Translations under genes and position numbers: made by a program
Source of the DNA: Paragordius varius
Taxonomy: Eukaryota > Animalia > Nematomorpha
Assembly (NCBI GenBank): GCA_964247055.1
Contig: OZ176051.1
Coordinates: 13,516,001-13,580,000 of the forward strand
Reading direction: 5' to 3'
DNA length: 64,000 nucleotides
In this document: positions 1-13,129 of the stretch, one piece after another
Layout of the letters: every line of letters begins with the position of its first letter
How positions within the stretch are numbered: position 1 is the first letter of the stretch
Notes under the pieces: model-generated
Told to the model about the DNA's origin: nothing
Databases searched by the model: none
Seen by the model: the letters and a program-made list of their open reading frames with translations, nothing else

Positions 1-1374
1 TGTTAATTTATACCGAACAAAAGATAATATTTTAGCTCTTAAACTATCATTTTCGCATGGCGTCTCTATCAATCGTTGTGAATAAATTAAATAATTTTTT
101 AAAATATCAATTATTATCTTATCCCTTTTAGAAACTATGAGACTTATGGATCGATATTCTTATTAAATAAGATATAAATGAAAGGTTAACAATCGTTAGT
201 ATGTGGCCCATTCTGAAATTACAAAATATATAAATACATTCATGGATTATATAAAATATTTATATGATTTTAACAATTTACTTACGATTTCATTAATATT
301 TTTTATAAAAAAGTAACTAGTAAAGCTACGATGCCAAAATTTCGATTGTCTGGACTACATTAATAGGTTATTTCAAATAAGAAGCTCTAGTAAAAAAATA
401 TATTTAAAATTTTAAATAATTATATTGCACCCTTGCGTTACGTGCTTAAATTTTAATTCTGAATGAAATCAATTAGTGTTTTTCAACTTTTTTTGTATAC
501 GCGCCAGCAAATAAAAAATAGTTTGCTCTATCCTCTAAATATAAACAAAAATATTATTATTATTATAAAATTATTTATTATCATTATTTGGGATCTGTAT
601 TTGTTAAAATATTTATAATTGGAACGAATCTTGATAATTTACACCTAAAACATTTACCCTTTTTAATAGCCTATAGCTACAAACAGTTCAAATAATTTAT
701 TGCCGAAGATTTGTTTAAATGTGAATTAATTTATATTTATCATTATATTTATAATATTTTTAGCGAAAAAAGTATTCAGTAGAAATTATAGCATCCGTCA
801 ACCGCCCTAAAAGGCTGGTCCTAAAATATTTATTAATTCGTTGTTTTCTCTATATTTATATTTATAACAACATAAACATCAAATAGCTTTAATATTTTCT
901 TGATATTATTTGTTACATGACCCTTTGTTTTGATCATAACTGGTCTCTTTATTAATAAATTTGGTTGGGATTTTGAAGCTTTGAGATTCATTATCAGAAT
1001 AATCGGTAAAAAGAAGCGGGTTCGGGGTTTTTAAAACCGCACGACACAGCGTAAGTATTGGGCGCCTCACCTAATATACTATCAAAAACAGTAAATGGTG
1101 AAAAATGATTGAGTTCATTATTTTATATAAACAGAATTATAACAATTTACAATTTTTATATATATCTAAAAATATTAGATCAGGATTGTTCAACACTAAC
1201 TGCTTTACGAGCCGCATCCGAATAGAAACGGGCATAAATAAATATTTTTTTGAAATTAAAACATAAGGTAAGAAAAATTGCGAAAACAATATAATTTTCC
1301 ACGGTTTCCGCAAACAAAGTACTTACAGAAATTTGAGCAATACCAATTATACTAAAGATTATATTTGCACCCAA

Positions 1375-1428
1375 ATTTTTTGTGGGCCGCACATATGAAA
1401 TTGCAGGGCCGCATGGTGGTACCCCCTG
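1375..1428. mobile_element. hAT-type terminal fragment (right end of an element lying to the left)
   Basis: GGGCCGC motifs ending in GGTACCCCCTG. The reverse complement CAGGGGGTACC resembles the CAGGGG hAT-like terminus at 54916. The partner end and TSD were not found. Confidence 0.4.
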
Positions 1429-1853
1429 AATATATGTTTTTTTAAAATTTGTTTTCTATTAGAGAATCCTAAAAGGTAAAGTGCTATGCAACTTATATTT
1501 TCATATGGTAAACAAATTAATTAATCAATAAATGGAGAGATCGCCTTTTTAAATAGTAATATTGTTTATAAAGTTACGTTCTCATGTGATGGTACTTATG
1601 TCGGAGAAACAGGTTGCATCATATTGTAAAGGTTAAAATAGCATATATAATTCATGTGTAATAAATTAAAATCCGATTTTGCCTAAAAATTATTTTATAA
1701 CTTTTGATATAGAAAGTTTTTTGGAGCAAGGGCAGACAGTAAAAAAACACATTAGGATATTGAAAACGCTTTTCCTATATAATTCGATGATACTGGACAA
1801 TACTATCTAGGATTTTCGATAAGGTTTTTAATTTCAAACTCCTAATCATTTTT

Positions 1854-1979
1854 TGTAAAAACACCTATGATTGATACGAATACGATACGGATATGACGGA
1901 TATGATAATATGGAATTATTCATATAAAAATATAAAAAGTGAAACACGTGTTACAAAGTAATAATATATATATGTTACA
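1854..1979 (-). repeat. 3' LTR (~126 bp) of the gypsy remnant
   Basis: On minus it reads TGTAACA...TTTTTACA (TG..CA) and is immediately preceded by the purine tract AAAGGGGGAGA (1980-1990). No matching 5' LTR was seen. Confidence 0.7.
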
Positions 1980-2989
1980 TCTCCCCCTTTAGTAAACGTG
2001 GCAGAGATGAGCATCGACCAATATATCCATACCCAAATTTCCTGGAGAACTTTCCCAGGTCCCCCGATCCTAATTTGTTTCATGTATATTAATTAATGGT
2101 CTCGGAATTTTCACGGCTCACTTTTAGTCTTTGTAGAAGTTTTAAACTTGCTATTGGCTCCCAACCAAAAAAAGCTTATTCCAGGCCTTTCCCCGTCCCG
2201 GAGACGGTGCTCTCCTGTACGCGATGATTGCCCTACTAAGGGCAATGGCCCAACAGACCTACCTGCTTTTACGAGTGTTTTCAGTTCTTATGACTCGTAA
2301 AAATCCGTTTGACTATGTGTGATAGGGTGGAGTAAATTGGTGGGATTACGCTCTTCACAGAATCGTTTGAACTGTCCGAACGCGAGTTGCGGACCGTTGT
2401 CTAATCGTTATGGAAAACCGAATTGATTTTATAACCCGGTAAATGCATTAATTGTCGTTTCCTTGGTGTTGTCAAAGTTAGCATTTCCAACAGCGCGAAT
2501 AAGAATTGATGACAACCAAAAAATTATTTTTTCATCTGTCCAGCTAAATCGATGTGCACCCTTTCCCAGGTTCGGGATACCGTAGGCCAATTGCTTGTTT
2601 CTCAGGGGTGGCATCCCGGTTCACTTGACAAGAAATGTTTTTTAAATCAGGAAACTTTTTGATACTCTTTGGTTGTTAAATTATGATTGACTTTATTTTT
2701 ATCATACGGATGAAGACCATATTGATTATCATTCCCAAATATTCAAGACTCCGTAGCCCGAATTGGACTTGCTCTTTTTCTCCTTAAACCCCAAACCTGA
2801 TAGCAGAAATTCGCATTTTACAGTTTTATATTGCTGCCTATCCTTTCCAGCAATGATTATATCATCGAAATATACTGCTGTCATCGGCATTTCTTTCAAG
2901 ATTTTCATCAAGCGTTGAAAAATTACCTGTGCCATCGATAATAGTTAGCGAAAATTTCTGATGTGCTCAGCATTAGCAAACGCCCGGTA

Positions 2990-3660
2990 TCTTACAAACA
3001 ATATCACTAAAATATAATATTAAATACATATTAAATAAATCAATATTTCAAAAAATATTAATTTTTAGATGTAGGCTCGAAAGTCCCAAATTTTTTTGCT
3101 CTTCTAAAAGGGGCCAGCTCTTAAAATAAACGCAAAAAAATGCATGGATTGCGCGTTAAATTAGAATTATGATATATTTTGATCAACTAAAAATATTTTT
3201 AAAAAAAGCATATTTAAAAAATTTAAATTTTACGACAGTTTTGTTGAAGCGTACTTATTATTTTGAATCATGATGGAAACGGTTTAAAAACACTTTAAAA
3301 TATTCTAAATGCGAAACATTTCTATCGCTTCAGAATTTAAAGTTAAAGGTTCGTTTGCTTAAAAAATTATGGTAAATATTTGTAAAATAACACAATATTT
3401 ATATAACATAAGGTTGAGCATGAACGAACATTTTCAAAATGAGGTGATAGAATTTTCAGCATCTTAGAATATTATAGAAAAAGTGTTTTATTATATCTTA
3501 AAGCGTTTATATACCGTTTCCACAAGGACTCAAACTAGTATGAGCTATGCTTCAACAAAATAAAAATCAAATTTTTGAAAAAAGTATGCATTTTTAATAA
3601 AATATTTAGTCGATCCTGGCGTTTTTGACTTTAAGCCTCTTTTACATTTGATTTAGAAAT
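2990..3660. repeat. Interspersed non-coding repeat (MITE-like), also at ~4990-5080, ~11590-11900 and ~28130-28200
   Basis: The copies share the block GTCCCAA-TTTTT-GCTCT...AAAATGC-GGATT-GCG...GATCAACT-AAAATATTT. An internal inverted repeat pairs ~3180-3215 with ~3580-3620. Confidence 0.6.
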
Positions 3661-6178
3661 ATGTGCGCAAATATTGACATTTTCTGGTATGCACTTACCA
3701 CAAAAAGGTAAATAACTTTCTTAAATCGCTTGTAAATGCCAACACCAAAGCACCATAAATAATCCTGATACATCCATCAAGTTATTCTGTGGACCTGTGT
3801 TAATGGCCTGGTATAGAATTCAAGAGCCAGTGTAGGATTGAGCGCAACCCGATAGTCCCTACAAAGACTGATCAGTCCTTTTTCTGTACATAAACCACTG
3901 GTGTGGACCAAGCGGTGTATTCAGTCGAAAGGTTGACTTTGCTTCCCTTAGTTGTAAACGTTCCAGCTTTTCTTCCACTCCAAGAGTGGAATAGGTACTC
4001 CTCTGGCGGGGAGTCGTTGACACCAAAGGATCCATTACCTTGGTTTAAAATTAATAAGTAAAGGTATTATCAAACAACGAAGGGTATTATCGAGTATCTC
4101 CAAGTCAACTGATGGTTGTTTAACAACTTGGATTATTCGCACCTGTTCTGGAAGTACACTATCAGCAACTATCCACGGTAAACCAAACAAAGGACAAGCA
4201 TAAGAGTCGGCTATTACCCATTTGAAAGTGCTAATATAATCTAAAATGGTGTTGTACTGACTTAGGCACCAGTGTGGATGTGAAAAGAAATATCTTGTTA
4301 ATTATTGCAACTGGAATGGTAGCCTTTTGTCAGGATATAGTGCATAATGATACTGATAGAGCGACATTTTGCCTTAAAACCCAATTTATTTCAGATGGTG
4401 CATGGATATTTTAATTCCGAAAAGTGGTTGGGGGATGAGTTATGTTGCACCTTCCACATTTCATATAACATCTATTATTATTATTATTAGCGTAGAGACT
4501 GTTCAATTATGCAGGTCATCTCTTTCTTTGAACTAAAGTAAGCACAAATTCTTCGACGATGTTAAAAGCGTGTTGGACATGTCAAAAGAATATTTTATCT
4601 TTAGAGAATCCAAATATTACTCCAAATAAGTGTTGATCTCAAAGTCCCTTCTGCGAAATTATTCTCGACGTGAATAGCTAACAGAGATTATTTTTTAAAG
4701 TGTAATAACGCAAGCTGATTTATTCAGATATCCGTTCGCCTTTATATTGAACGATTTATAATAAATGAATTTGATATTAGAACAGACGGTTTGCTTCGGC
4801 TATGAGTTAGTCGAATTCCATATTTTCAATTAATTTCGGGAACACGTAGTTCTTCAGTTTTGCTATATGTACTAATCCAATCGACTTGATGAATGTAATG
4901 CTTTCGGAATTCGATATTCGTTGCAAAATTACATTGTGATGAAAGATTCACATATAATCTTTAAAAGTTCCTGTTGTCCATTTAGCATATATTTTATCGC
5001 TAATCCCGGCATTTTTGCTTTAATTTTAAAAAATTGGCCCAAGAGCAAAAAAATGTAGGGCTTTTAGAACTGCCATTTATAAAACTTTTAAAAATATGTT
5101 TTACTTTTTATGGGTAGTTTATATTTTTTGGAATGTTATTTTTTGGAATGAAGCAACTAGCTTTCACCAAAATATTTTATGCTCAAATTTGGCCATTTTC
5201 TGATGCAGAGCACTTGCAACAAAAGTGTTAATAACTGTCTTACATCACAAATAAAGGCAAAGCACCATGATAATCCTTTTTTTCAGAATAAATGTATTTC
5301 AACAATCCATCTTTTGTGGACACAGTGTTACTAAAGTAATTACAATATACATCAATCTTTGTTTTCTTTATATCATAATATATCAACCGGTTAAATCCAA
5401 AAATATAGACAACGAAACTTAAGATATTACTTTCTATTATTAAAAAAGGTTAAAACAACCTTGCTTTTAAATGGGTCCCTAGAAAAATTTGATATAAAAT
5501 ACGTTATTGAAGAAAAATAGGACAAAAGTGGTTTATAATTAAATTATATATAACAAATATTTATTTATTTGTCGGTTTTTAACGGAGTGACTAAATTGAA
5601 AAATATATGTCAGAAATAGAAAACTATATTTCCCGAAACACGTTGTGTATTTAGCACCCTATAATTTTATCGCATTAATATATTACTCGAATGAATATAT
5701 TTAACATTCCGCGATTTAAAATTTGAACATCTTAAAAAGTTAAGGTATTGAGCCGATTTTATAAATATGCTTCTTTTAACCTTTTAGGCACATTTACATT
5801 TTTTATCAAAAAATATAAAATTTTAAAAAATCCTTATCTCATTTTCTGTCGCCATTTTTTCTATTAATTTTTTTAATCGCTAATACAACAGGAAAATTAT
5901 ATATGATTGATAGAAAATGTAAATTTACCTGAATAAACATATATTATGATACTAATACCAGCTGTGTGTTTTAATTGAACTATTGGATACAACACATTCA
6001 TTTTCATTTGATTAATTGGGGTCGTTGGGGACAACACAGGCCTGTTTAAAATTAAATACTTTAAAAATATGGAAGAACCAAAATAAAAAAATTATTCCAA
6101 AATATTATTACTTATTTTAAGGTAAAACCCATAGAAAAAAATTGGACAATTTCACATGTGTGCTTTAGCCATATTTAA

Positions 6179-6752
6179 CACTTGGATACAACACCTTCAT
6201 TTTAGTCCTTCGATTCAAATTGGGGTAGTTAAATACCCCAGGCCTGTTTAAAATTAAATTTTTTAAAAAATATGGAAGGAACTGAAATTATGGCAAAATT
6301 TTGCACTTATATAACATTATTAAACTGTAATATATAAAAGAATTTATTCAATACTTGATATTACTTATTTTAAGCTAAAACCGAAAGGTAAAAATTTAGT
6401 CAACGTGACATGTGTGCAATGGTAAAATTGAAAAATATGAATAAACCGCTTTTTCTATTTCTATCAATGTTAGATGGAATTTAAATAAAAAATAAGCTTT
6501 AATTTTACCCTTAAAATTACATGAAGACGATATTTTGCATAAATTTTGGAAAATCAAAATGGCATCGAAGTAGTTTGACATGAAACTTTTTTTTCAAAAC
6601 AAAATTTTATATAGATATTTTGCCATATTTATGTGATACTTATTAGGATAGAAGCATAAATTTAAATTGGGACCGTTTCCTTCAGTAGTTTTTAAAAATC
6701 CTAAATCAAATTTAATCTGGGGTATTTAGATACCCCAATTTGAATCGAAGTA
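6179..6752. mobile_element. piggyBac-like non-autonomous element, copy 1
   Basis: Flanked by TTAA at 6175-6178 and 6753-6756, with CACTT-type termini and the inner inverted repeat TTCGATTCAAATTGGGGTA. It is homologous to 26574-27154 in the opposite orientation. Partial duplicated pieces lie at ~5970-6170 and ~6880-7035. Confidence 0.7.
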
Positions 6753-7247
6753 TTAAAATGATTCAAGATGATCCAATTTTTCTGTCATATCTTAGTAATA
6801 AAGATTTTAGCTTTATTTTTAGCTTCAAAAATATTTTAATTCTATATTTTGCAAAAATTTTGTAAAATAAAAATAGCGTCGGAGGAGTTTGATATGGAAC
6901 TTTTTTTTCAAAGGTGAATTTTGTTAAGATATTTTATTTAATTAGGATAAAATGTAATTAAGACAGTTTCAGTAGTTTTCTAGAAATATATGGTTTTTAA
7001 AGTAAGTTGTATACAATGTTAATCGAAGTGTTAATTTTTGTTCTAATAGTTGGCAAGTAAAAAATGGAAATTTTTTCGAATTCAGAACAATATGAGATAT
7101 AAATAATTCTAAAGTTTTTAAAACTTTACTTTAAAGAATTGAGATTAATATAATATTACTCCAATATGTATGGTAGGCTAAAAAGTTAAAATTTCACAAG
7201 TTTTATATTTATATTTACCTAGTGGTTTTACCAGTTTCCTCATCAAC

Positions 7248-7573
7248 ATGCCATTAGCAAAAGATTTATTACACCCATCTCACGAAGAAGAGAGGGGAAA
7301 ATGCAAATTGAAACGTTTAGTTCAATATCCGAATTCATATTTTATGGATGTTAAATGTCCAGGTTTGCAATTTTTATCAAATTTTTTATGCGATAAAATA
7401 TTATAATATATTTTAGGTTGCTACAAAATTACAACAGTCTTTAGCCATGCACAAACAGTAGTCCTTTGCGCAGGATGTTCTACAATACTTTGCTTTCCAA
7501 CTGGTGGCAAAGCACATCTTACAGAAGGTTATATATTTTATAACTTTTAGGTTGCTCATTTAGGAAAAAATAA
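7248..7573 (+). CDS. RPS27: 40S ribosomal protein S27 (eS27), 3 exons: 7248-7362, 7417-7527, 7551-7573; 82 aa
   Basis: Spliced translation [82 protein letters not shown]. The GT-AG introns are 54 nt and 23 nt, both phase 1. Confidence 0.97.
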
Positions 7574-7647
7574 TTCATTGATGTATTAATATTTATTTTT
7601 TATACACATGAATTAGAATGAATAAATGGAAGTAAAAAATAATTATA

Positions 7648-8084
7648 TCAAACAGCCGACTTTATTCTATTTTTTGCAAGTTTTGTACCAGCTCTTTTGT
7701 ATCCTTTTATCATTTTTCGATATTGTTTGTAATCCGTTATTTCAATTCCAATCGTTTTTGCCGCTTTTTGGGCCAATCTAAACGCTAAACGAATTATCAT
7801 ACATTGTTTAACACAAAGTTTTGATATAAATTAATATTAAATACCTCGGCGAAATTTTATTCCAGTAAAAAAATTTTAAACATTAGTCTTCTTTATAGCT
7901 AAAATTATTTTCTTCTTGCCTTTAAATATTACAAGTGTGATGGTATAGTAGGTCGGGCGGCTAACTTTTACACTGCATGCCAGATTTCGAACCCTGGAAC
8001 TACGCAATTTTTCCATCATCACTGTCAGCCCGGGGCAGGCAGTGATAAAAATTTCACATGTCCTGATACAATTTTGGAGCTTAC
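7648..8084 (-). CDS. Candidate small basic protein gene (exons ~8084-7845 and 7784-7648) with one in-frame TAA; possibly a pseudogene or a base-call error
   Basis: GC-elevated frame KLQNCIRTCEIFITACPGLTVMMEKLRSSRVRNLACSVKV...KKTNV*NFFTGIKFRR. A 60-nt GT-AG intron (7844-7785) joins it in phase to AFRLAQKAAKTIGIEITDYKQYRKMIKGYKRAGTKLAKNRIKSAV*. The TAA is at 7876-7878. The 5' exon is unresolved. Confidence 0.35.
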
Positions 8085-8118
8085 CTATTGATAAAAAAGG
8101 AGAAAAGAGACTCTAAAC

Positions 8119-10495
8119 CAGTGATACTCAAACCGCGGGCCGCATGCGGCCCTGAGAGTACTTTAAAATTGCCCTGTGCCATATTGATACTTAAATTATT
8201 TTTTTATTGATGAATTTTTAAACTACACATAAACGAATTTTCACTTATTTTAATATTAAATTATTTTCTTTAGATTTAATTTTGGTAATTTTTATTTAAC
8301 GAAATGTAAAAAAATTCTTTAAAATGATTTCAAAATTTTGGCACATGGATTCTGTTTGCATATTATTTTTCTGTTTTGAAATTTTTATTGCATTCTTTTT
8401 TGTATTAAGCAAGTCTTTCACCCAAACTTGCATATACATATTCTTTTCATTGCCATCCTGATTCTTTTTTATAACTCATTCCCATAAAATATTTTTCAAA
8501 TCAACATAACTATATTTCGACCTGTATAATTTAAGTTATATTCCTATTTTTTGAATAAATTCAAAGAATGACATCTTATGCTAAAAAAAAGTAAATTATT
8601 CGTTGAAAATCACTCCTTTAAAAAAGAATGGGAAGAAAAATTGTTTGTCGTTTTAAATAAAAATGTTTTTATCTGCCTTATATGTAAGGACAAAATATGA
8701 AAAATACAATATTGAGCATTTTACAATCCATTATTAAATAACCAGACCTTCATGAGGAAAGAAACGGAAAATATAAAATTAAGGAATTATATCAGAAACA
8801 AAGATCTATTATGGCAATAGCTTTCTCCCAAAAGGCTCTAGCATTAGCATCGTATTTACTATATTTTAGGAAAAATATGAAACCGTTTACTGAATCCCAA
8901 TAAAAAAATATCTAATAAATTATTGCACTTTTTTATATGATAAATTCCATAATAATCAAATCGAGGCAAATTAAAAAACTTCAACTTTCTGATTCAACAT
9001 GTGCCCCGACGCATTGGACATAGGTGTAAATATATTTTTAACAATACATTATTGGCTCTGAAAAACAGCAAATATATTGCTATTGATTCTAGCACTGATA
9101 TTAGTTCAACCTCAATGTGCGCTCTTCGTGAGATTCGTAACCACAACATAATCATAGAAGAATTAAAATTTTTACCAATGAATAATACCACGAAAGGAAG
9201 GGGATTTTCTCGAATTATTAGCTTTTTTTGGATAATGAAAAAATTGGTTTCGATCTGCAGAGATGGCTCTCCATCTATGAATGGAATAAACAAAATATTT
9301 CTTCCTCTTTTGAAAAACAAATATAATTTGCAAAATCCTTTATCCTCACTGCTTTATTCATCAGCAAAACTTGATCTCGCGCGTAAAAAATGAATCCCTC
9401 AATTAAGTATTTAAAACGGTTTTGGATATAGTTAACCACCGTGGCAGAGATTTTACCCGCAAAGTCAAAAACCTTCTGTAAGATATCCACAAGTATGATA
9501 TTATTTTGTATACCCCTGTAAGACTTTGCAAAGGATTAAATAGATTTTTTGTTTTAAGACATCAAATTCTAGTATAAAAGATAACAAATTTGACGAAATT
9601 AATAGTGACAAATAGTGGGTTTTATTAGCCAACCATTGCGACATTATTTATAAACGTAGTATTTTAAATACAAGACTACAAGGGAATAAAATAATAACCC
9701 AATTTGCTAATATTAATTAATAATATATAAACAAGATTTTATAAATAAAACATTCATATATTTTTCAACACTTAAGCGATTAATGAAAAAAAATATGGAA
9801 TTTACCCCGTAGATTAAAATAGACAATCATTTAACATTTTTGTCTAATGAGATGAAATTCAGATTTAAAGAATAAGGAAATATTAAACATTTAAATAAAC
9901 TCGTTAAAAATCCTTGGCATATGGATATGTCCAATATTAAGCAACATGAGCATTTTTGTTTTGATCAGGCGCATATCATTAAAGAATTCATAGATTTTAA
10001 AAATGATTCCAATTTGGAGGCTATATTCAAGGAGAATCGCAGAGAAAAAAGATATGTAGAGTTTTGACAAGATGTGCCAAATAAATATGAAAATATAAAA
10101 AAATGTGCTCAAGTTAACCTAACTGTTTTTCCCTCAACTTACGCGTGGACGGCATATTTAAAAATGAAGTATGCCAAGAATACATACAGAAATCGCATAA
10201 CCGATGATCATATGGACGACGCATTCTGTCATGAGGCGAAACCAAATTCGTCAAAAATTATTGGTTATATCAAAATAGATGTTGTTTTCAAAATTATTAA
10301 TTTTTAAACTAAATGGTGCATAACGAGTTTTAAGATAGATTTAAATGCGATCTGCAATAATTGTGCTTATTTAGAGTATAAATATGTGCATTTGTGTCAA
10401 ATGACTATGGACTATTTGCGATTATAAGGTTCATGGCCCTCGAAATAAAAATATATTTTATTTGGCCCGTCAAATTTTTTTGTCGAGTACCACTG
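8119..10495 (+). mobile_element. hAT DNA transposon (Buster/SPIN/GTF2IRD2-like) with decayed transposase
   Basis: Perfect 8-bp TSD CTCTAAAC (8111-8118 and 10496-10503) and TIRs CAGTG(A/G)TACTC. Fragments AIDSSTDISS, RDGSPSM and FPSTYA...KYAKNTYRNRITDDHM match the DESTD, TDGAPAM and C-terminal dimerisation motifs, with many stops and frameshifts. Confidence 0.93.
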
Positions 10496-10716
10496 CTCTA
10501 AACTGTATATATATTTTTATATGAATGCTTGTATTTAAGATCGCTTTTATTCAGGCAAATGGTAATCAATCCCAAGTAATATCGATAAAAAATATAATTT
10601 ACAAACAAAATTTAACATAAACCAAATATTTTTTTTAAAGACAATATCTTTTTTAAATAGGGTTTTTTTATATAACACCGCCTTTTGCCTTCCAAAATTG
10701 ATAAATGTCGGCAATA

Positions 10717-11290
10717 TTAAGGCTTAAAAAAGTATATGGTTGTCTTTAATTTGTCGTTAAGTTTTTCCGTTTTGTCTATTAATTTCAGCTTTGATGGCTG
10801 TATAGAAATGCGCATAAAATATATTAAAGTGTAACTTGGATCCCTATCGGTTACACAATCGAAACATGTTAGGCACGTTAATTTACAGGCACCACACAAT
10901 ATCATACAAATTTTGCAACACGGGTAAATGCAAATGTAAAAAGCAATTCCCAAAACAAACGCACCAATTATAAGTAGAATGGTAAATTTCTTGGAATGAT
11001 TTCGTACAGTTGCTATCCACATTTCCCTTTGACCCTGAATTTAAAATAAAGTACGTATGTGTATTATTTATTGAAAAAATCAGTAAATTTATAACTATAT
11101 TTTTAAGTTTCGAACTATAAAAACTCTTAGCAAAACTGCGCATAAGTTTATTAATTTTTGGAATTCTAAGTCTAGTTATATTTATCAGTCCAAAATATGG
11201 CATAATCTCATTTATATTCACGACAATTTTATGAAAATGCAAAAGCCCATAGATCAATTTGTTAAATATTTTGAATAAACTGCTGAACAA
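10717..11290 (-). CDS. Hypothetical single-pass membrane protein with a Cys-rich juxtamembrane tail; 5' end unresolved
   Basis: ORFs 10883-11290 and 10717-11022 join in frame through a 61-nt GTTATA...TTCAG intron (the same donor hexamer as RPS27 intron 2). The result is ...KLKNI/GQREMWIATVRNHSKKFTILLIIGAFVLGIAFYICIYPCCKICMILCGACKLTCLTCFDC...KP*. Confidence 0.5.
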
Positions 11291-12717
11291 AACGATACAG
11301 ATGGATTAAGAAAAGAAAAATATTTATGCTACTGTTAACTAAATTTGTCAAAAAAGAGTTGAATAATTTAAGAAGATTGCTCCACACATAGAAACTTTCC
11401 TCTTATGCCTGATATTTAACGCTTAATGACCTTTTCATATTTGGTTTTGGCCCTTATGAGTGATTTAAGAAAATTGCTTACGTTTTTGTGGTAAGTGCTC
11501 TTTATCAGAAAAGCAAATTGATGAAAGCTTAAGTCATTTGAAAAACTAAAATATATTAACTTATAAGAAGCAAAATTAAAAAAAAATTCATTCCTATATG
11601 TTCGCTCCGAAGGTCCCAATTTTTTAGCTCTCCTAAAATTGGCTAATGTACTCAAAATAAATTCAAAAATGCCAGGATTGTGCGATAAAAATCTTAAATA
11701 TATGCTAAATTTTGATATCAACTGAAAATATTTTTTAAAAAATGCATAATTTTTCATTGTTGAAGCTTAATAACTCTTTTGAGGCATGATGGAAACCTTA
11801 TAAAAACTTATTCGATGCTTAACATTTCAATCATCTCAGAATTTTGATTTAAATATTCGTTCGTCTTCAAATTGTTAAAAATATATTGTGTTTGTTAACA
11901 AAAATGCGCCAAAATATTTAGGCAAATAAACATTTAAATTAAAATCATGAAGCGATATATTTCTATGGCTATTATTTTTTTTGGTATTATTTTAATTTAA
12001 TTTAATACAAATTTTATTTTTTAAAAATATATAAAAAAAGGGGTCATTTTTAATAAAACATAATTTATTTGAGGGTGAATCAAAATCGTTCGAAGGTGAA
12101 TATCAATTGTAAATGTTTTACCTTAAATACTATTTCATCCTGTGCTCATATAATGCATCGCATTAATGATTAAATTAAATTTAATAATACATTCATTCCT
12201 ATCAGGAAGTAACCAAAACAAATAATTGTAACAACTTATATCTCAAAATGGGATAAATAAACACTTTATTATTATATATGCAATTATAATTCAGCTAAAA
12301 TTGTATAAATTTATTATAATATTTCGATTACTACAAGTATTTGTCAAACGTAAAAAATAAAAGACAATTTAAGAATTTTATAATTTAAAGTTAGCATGGA
12401 ATATTAACAGGCTTATGTACATGAGACGAGTTTTAGAATAATATGATGCAATCATCAGCAAAATTATAATAAATTTATTAATGAATTTCCGTTAGAATCA
12501 TCTAACTTTGTCGAATAACCAAATATATAATTAAATAAAAAATAAAATTAAGATATATATGAAAATTATGGAAATTTTATAAAAATAAATAAGTATATTA
12601 AAAAAATCCGTTATTGGGTCGACATGATTTATATCATTCTGTTTTATTATTGCAATTATGATTCAGCTAAAATTGAATGAATTTATTAGAGTAAATTTTC
12701 GATTACTACAAGTAATT

Positions 12718-12846
12718 CATGCCTTTAAATGCAAACATAAAATAAACTGGGATGCCGAAGTTGTTGATTGAGAAGAAAATAGGACAAAAAGAATATTAAA
12801 GGAAAGTTTTTATATAAACAAAGATGAAAGTAATGAACATAAATAA
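12718..12846 (+). mobile_element. Penelope-like element GIY-YIG C-terminal fragment
   Basis: HAFKCKHKINWDAEVVD*EENRTKRILKESFYINK matches the H..H.F/I.W....E.N..KR...E..YI pattern at the end of PLE endonucleases. Confidence 0.7.
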
Positions 12847-13129
12847 AGATCAAAACAATAAAAATAACATTAGAAACTTGTTTCTTAATAACATTACACA
12901 GATGTTTTTTTAGTTTCATTTCTCATTAAATATTAATTTATATTTTAATAATTTATATTTTAATTTTATTTTTTACGTTTGACAAAGATAACTTGTAGTA
13001 ATCGAACATTTACTCTAATAAATTCATTAAATTTTAGCTGAATTATAAATGAAATAATGATACAATAATACCTCAGCGTAAACAATATCATTCTATTTGT
13101 TTAACTTATGTTCTTTATTTATTATATGA

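Larger units (their letters stand above)
1854..4950 (-). mobile_element. Decayed, internally deleted Ty3/gypsy LTR retrotransposon
   Basis: Minus-strand remnants occur in canonical order: gag-like IKSIGLVHIAKLKNYVFPK (~4900); broken zinc knuckle CTI*NKLG..KAKCRS (~4390); protease-like IHTGA*VST (~4270); RT start AWSTPVVYVQKKD..CRDYRVALNP (~3900); RT AVYFDDIII (ORF 2729-2935); RNase H approach GAHRFSWTDE (ORF 2429-2614); integrase tail AYRRAP (~2210); then PPT and LTR. A different repeat interrupts it at ~2990-3700. Confidence 0.8.

Noticed and set aside
940-1240. Possible plus-strand exons (GWDFEALRFIIRIIGKKKRVRG; donor GTAAGT near 1051)
   Set aside because: No stop-free, phase-consistent model could be built.
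4833-4857. CTGAAGA...CGAAA on minus as another hammerhead
   Set aside because: No clean stem II/III geometry, and it lies in gag-derived sequence.
6396-6581. Similar short ORFs at 6396, 26730 and 30144
   Set aside because: They are chance frames inside copies of the same non-coding MITE.
7876-7878. Ciliate-type TAA reassignment to explain the in-frame stop
   Set aside because: RPS27 and the other genes end at TAA, and their long exons contain no in-frame TAA/TAG.
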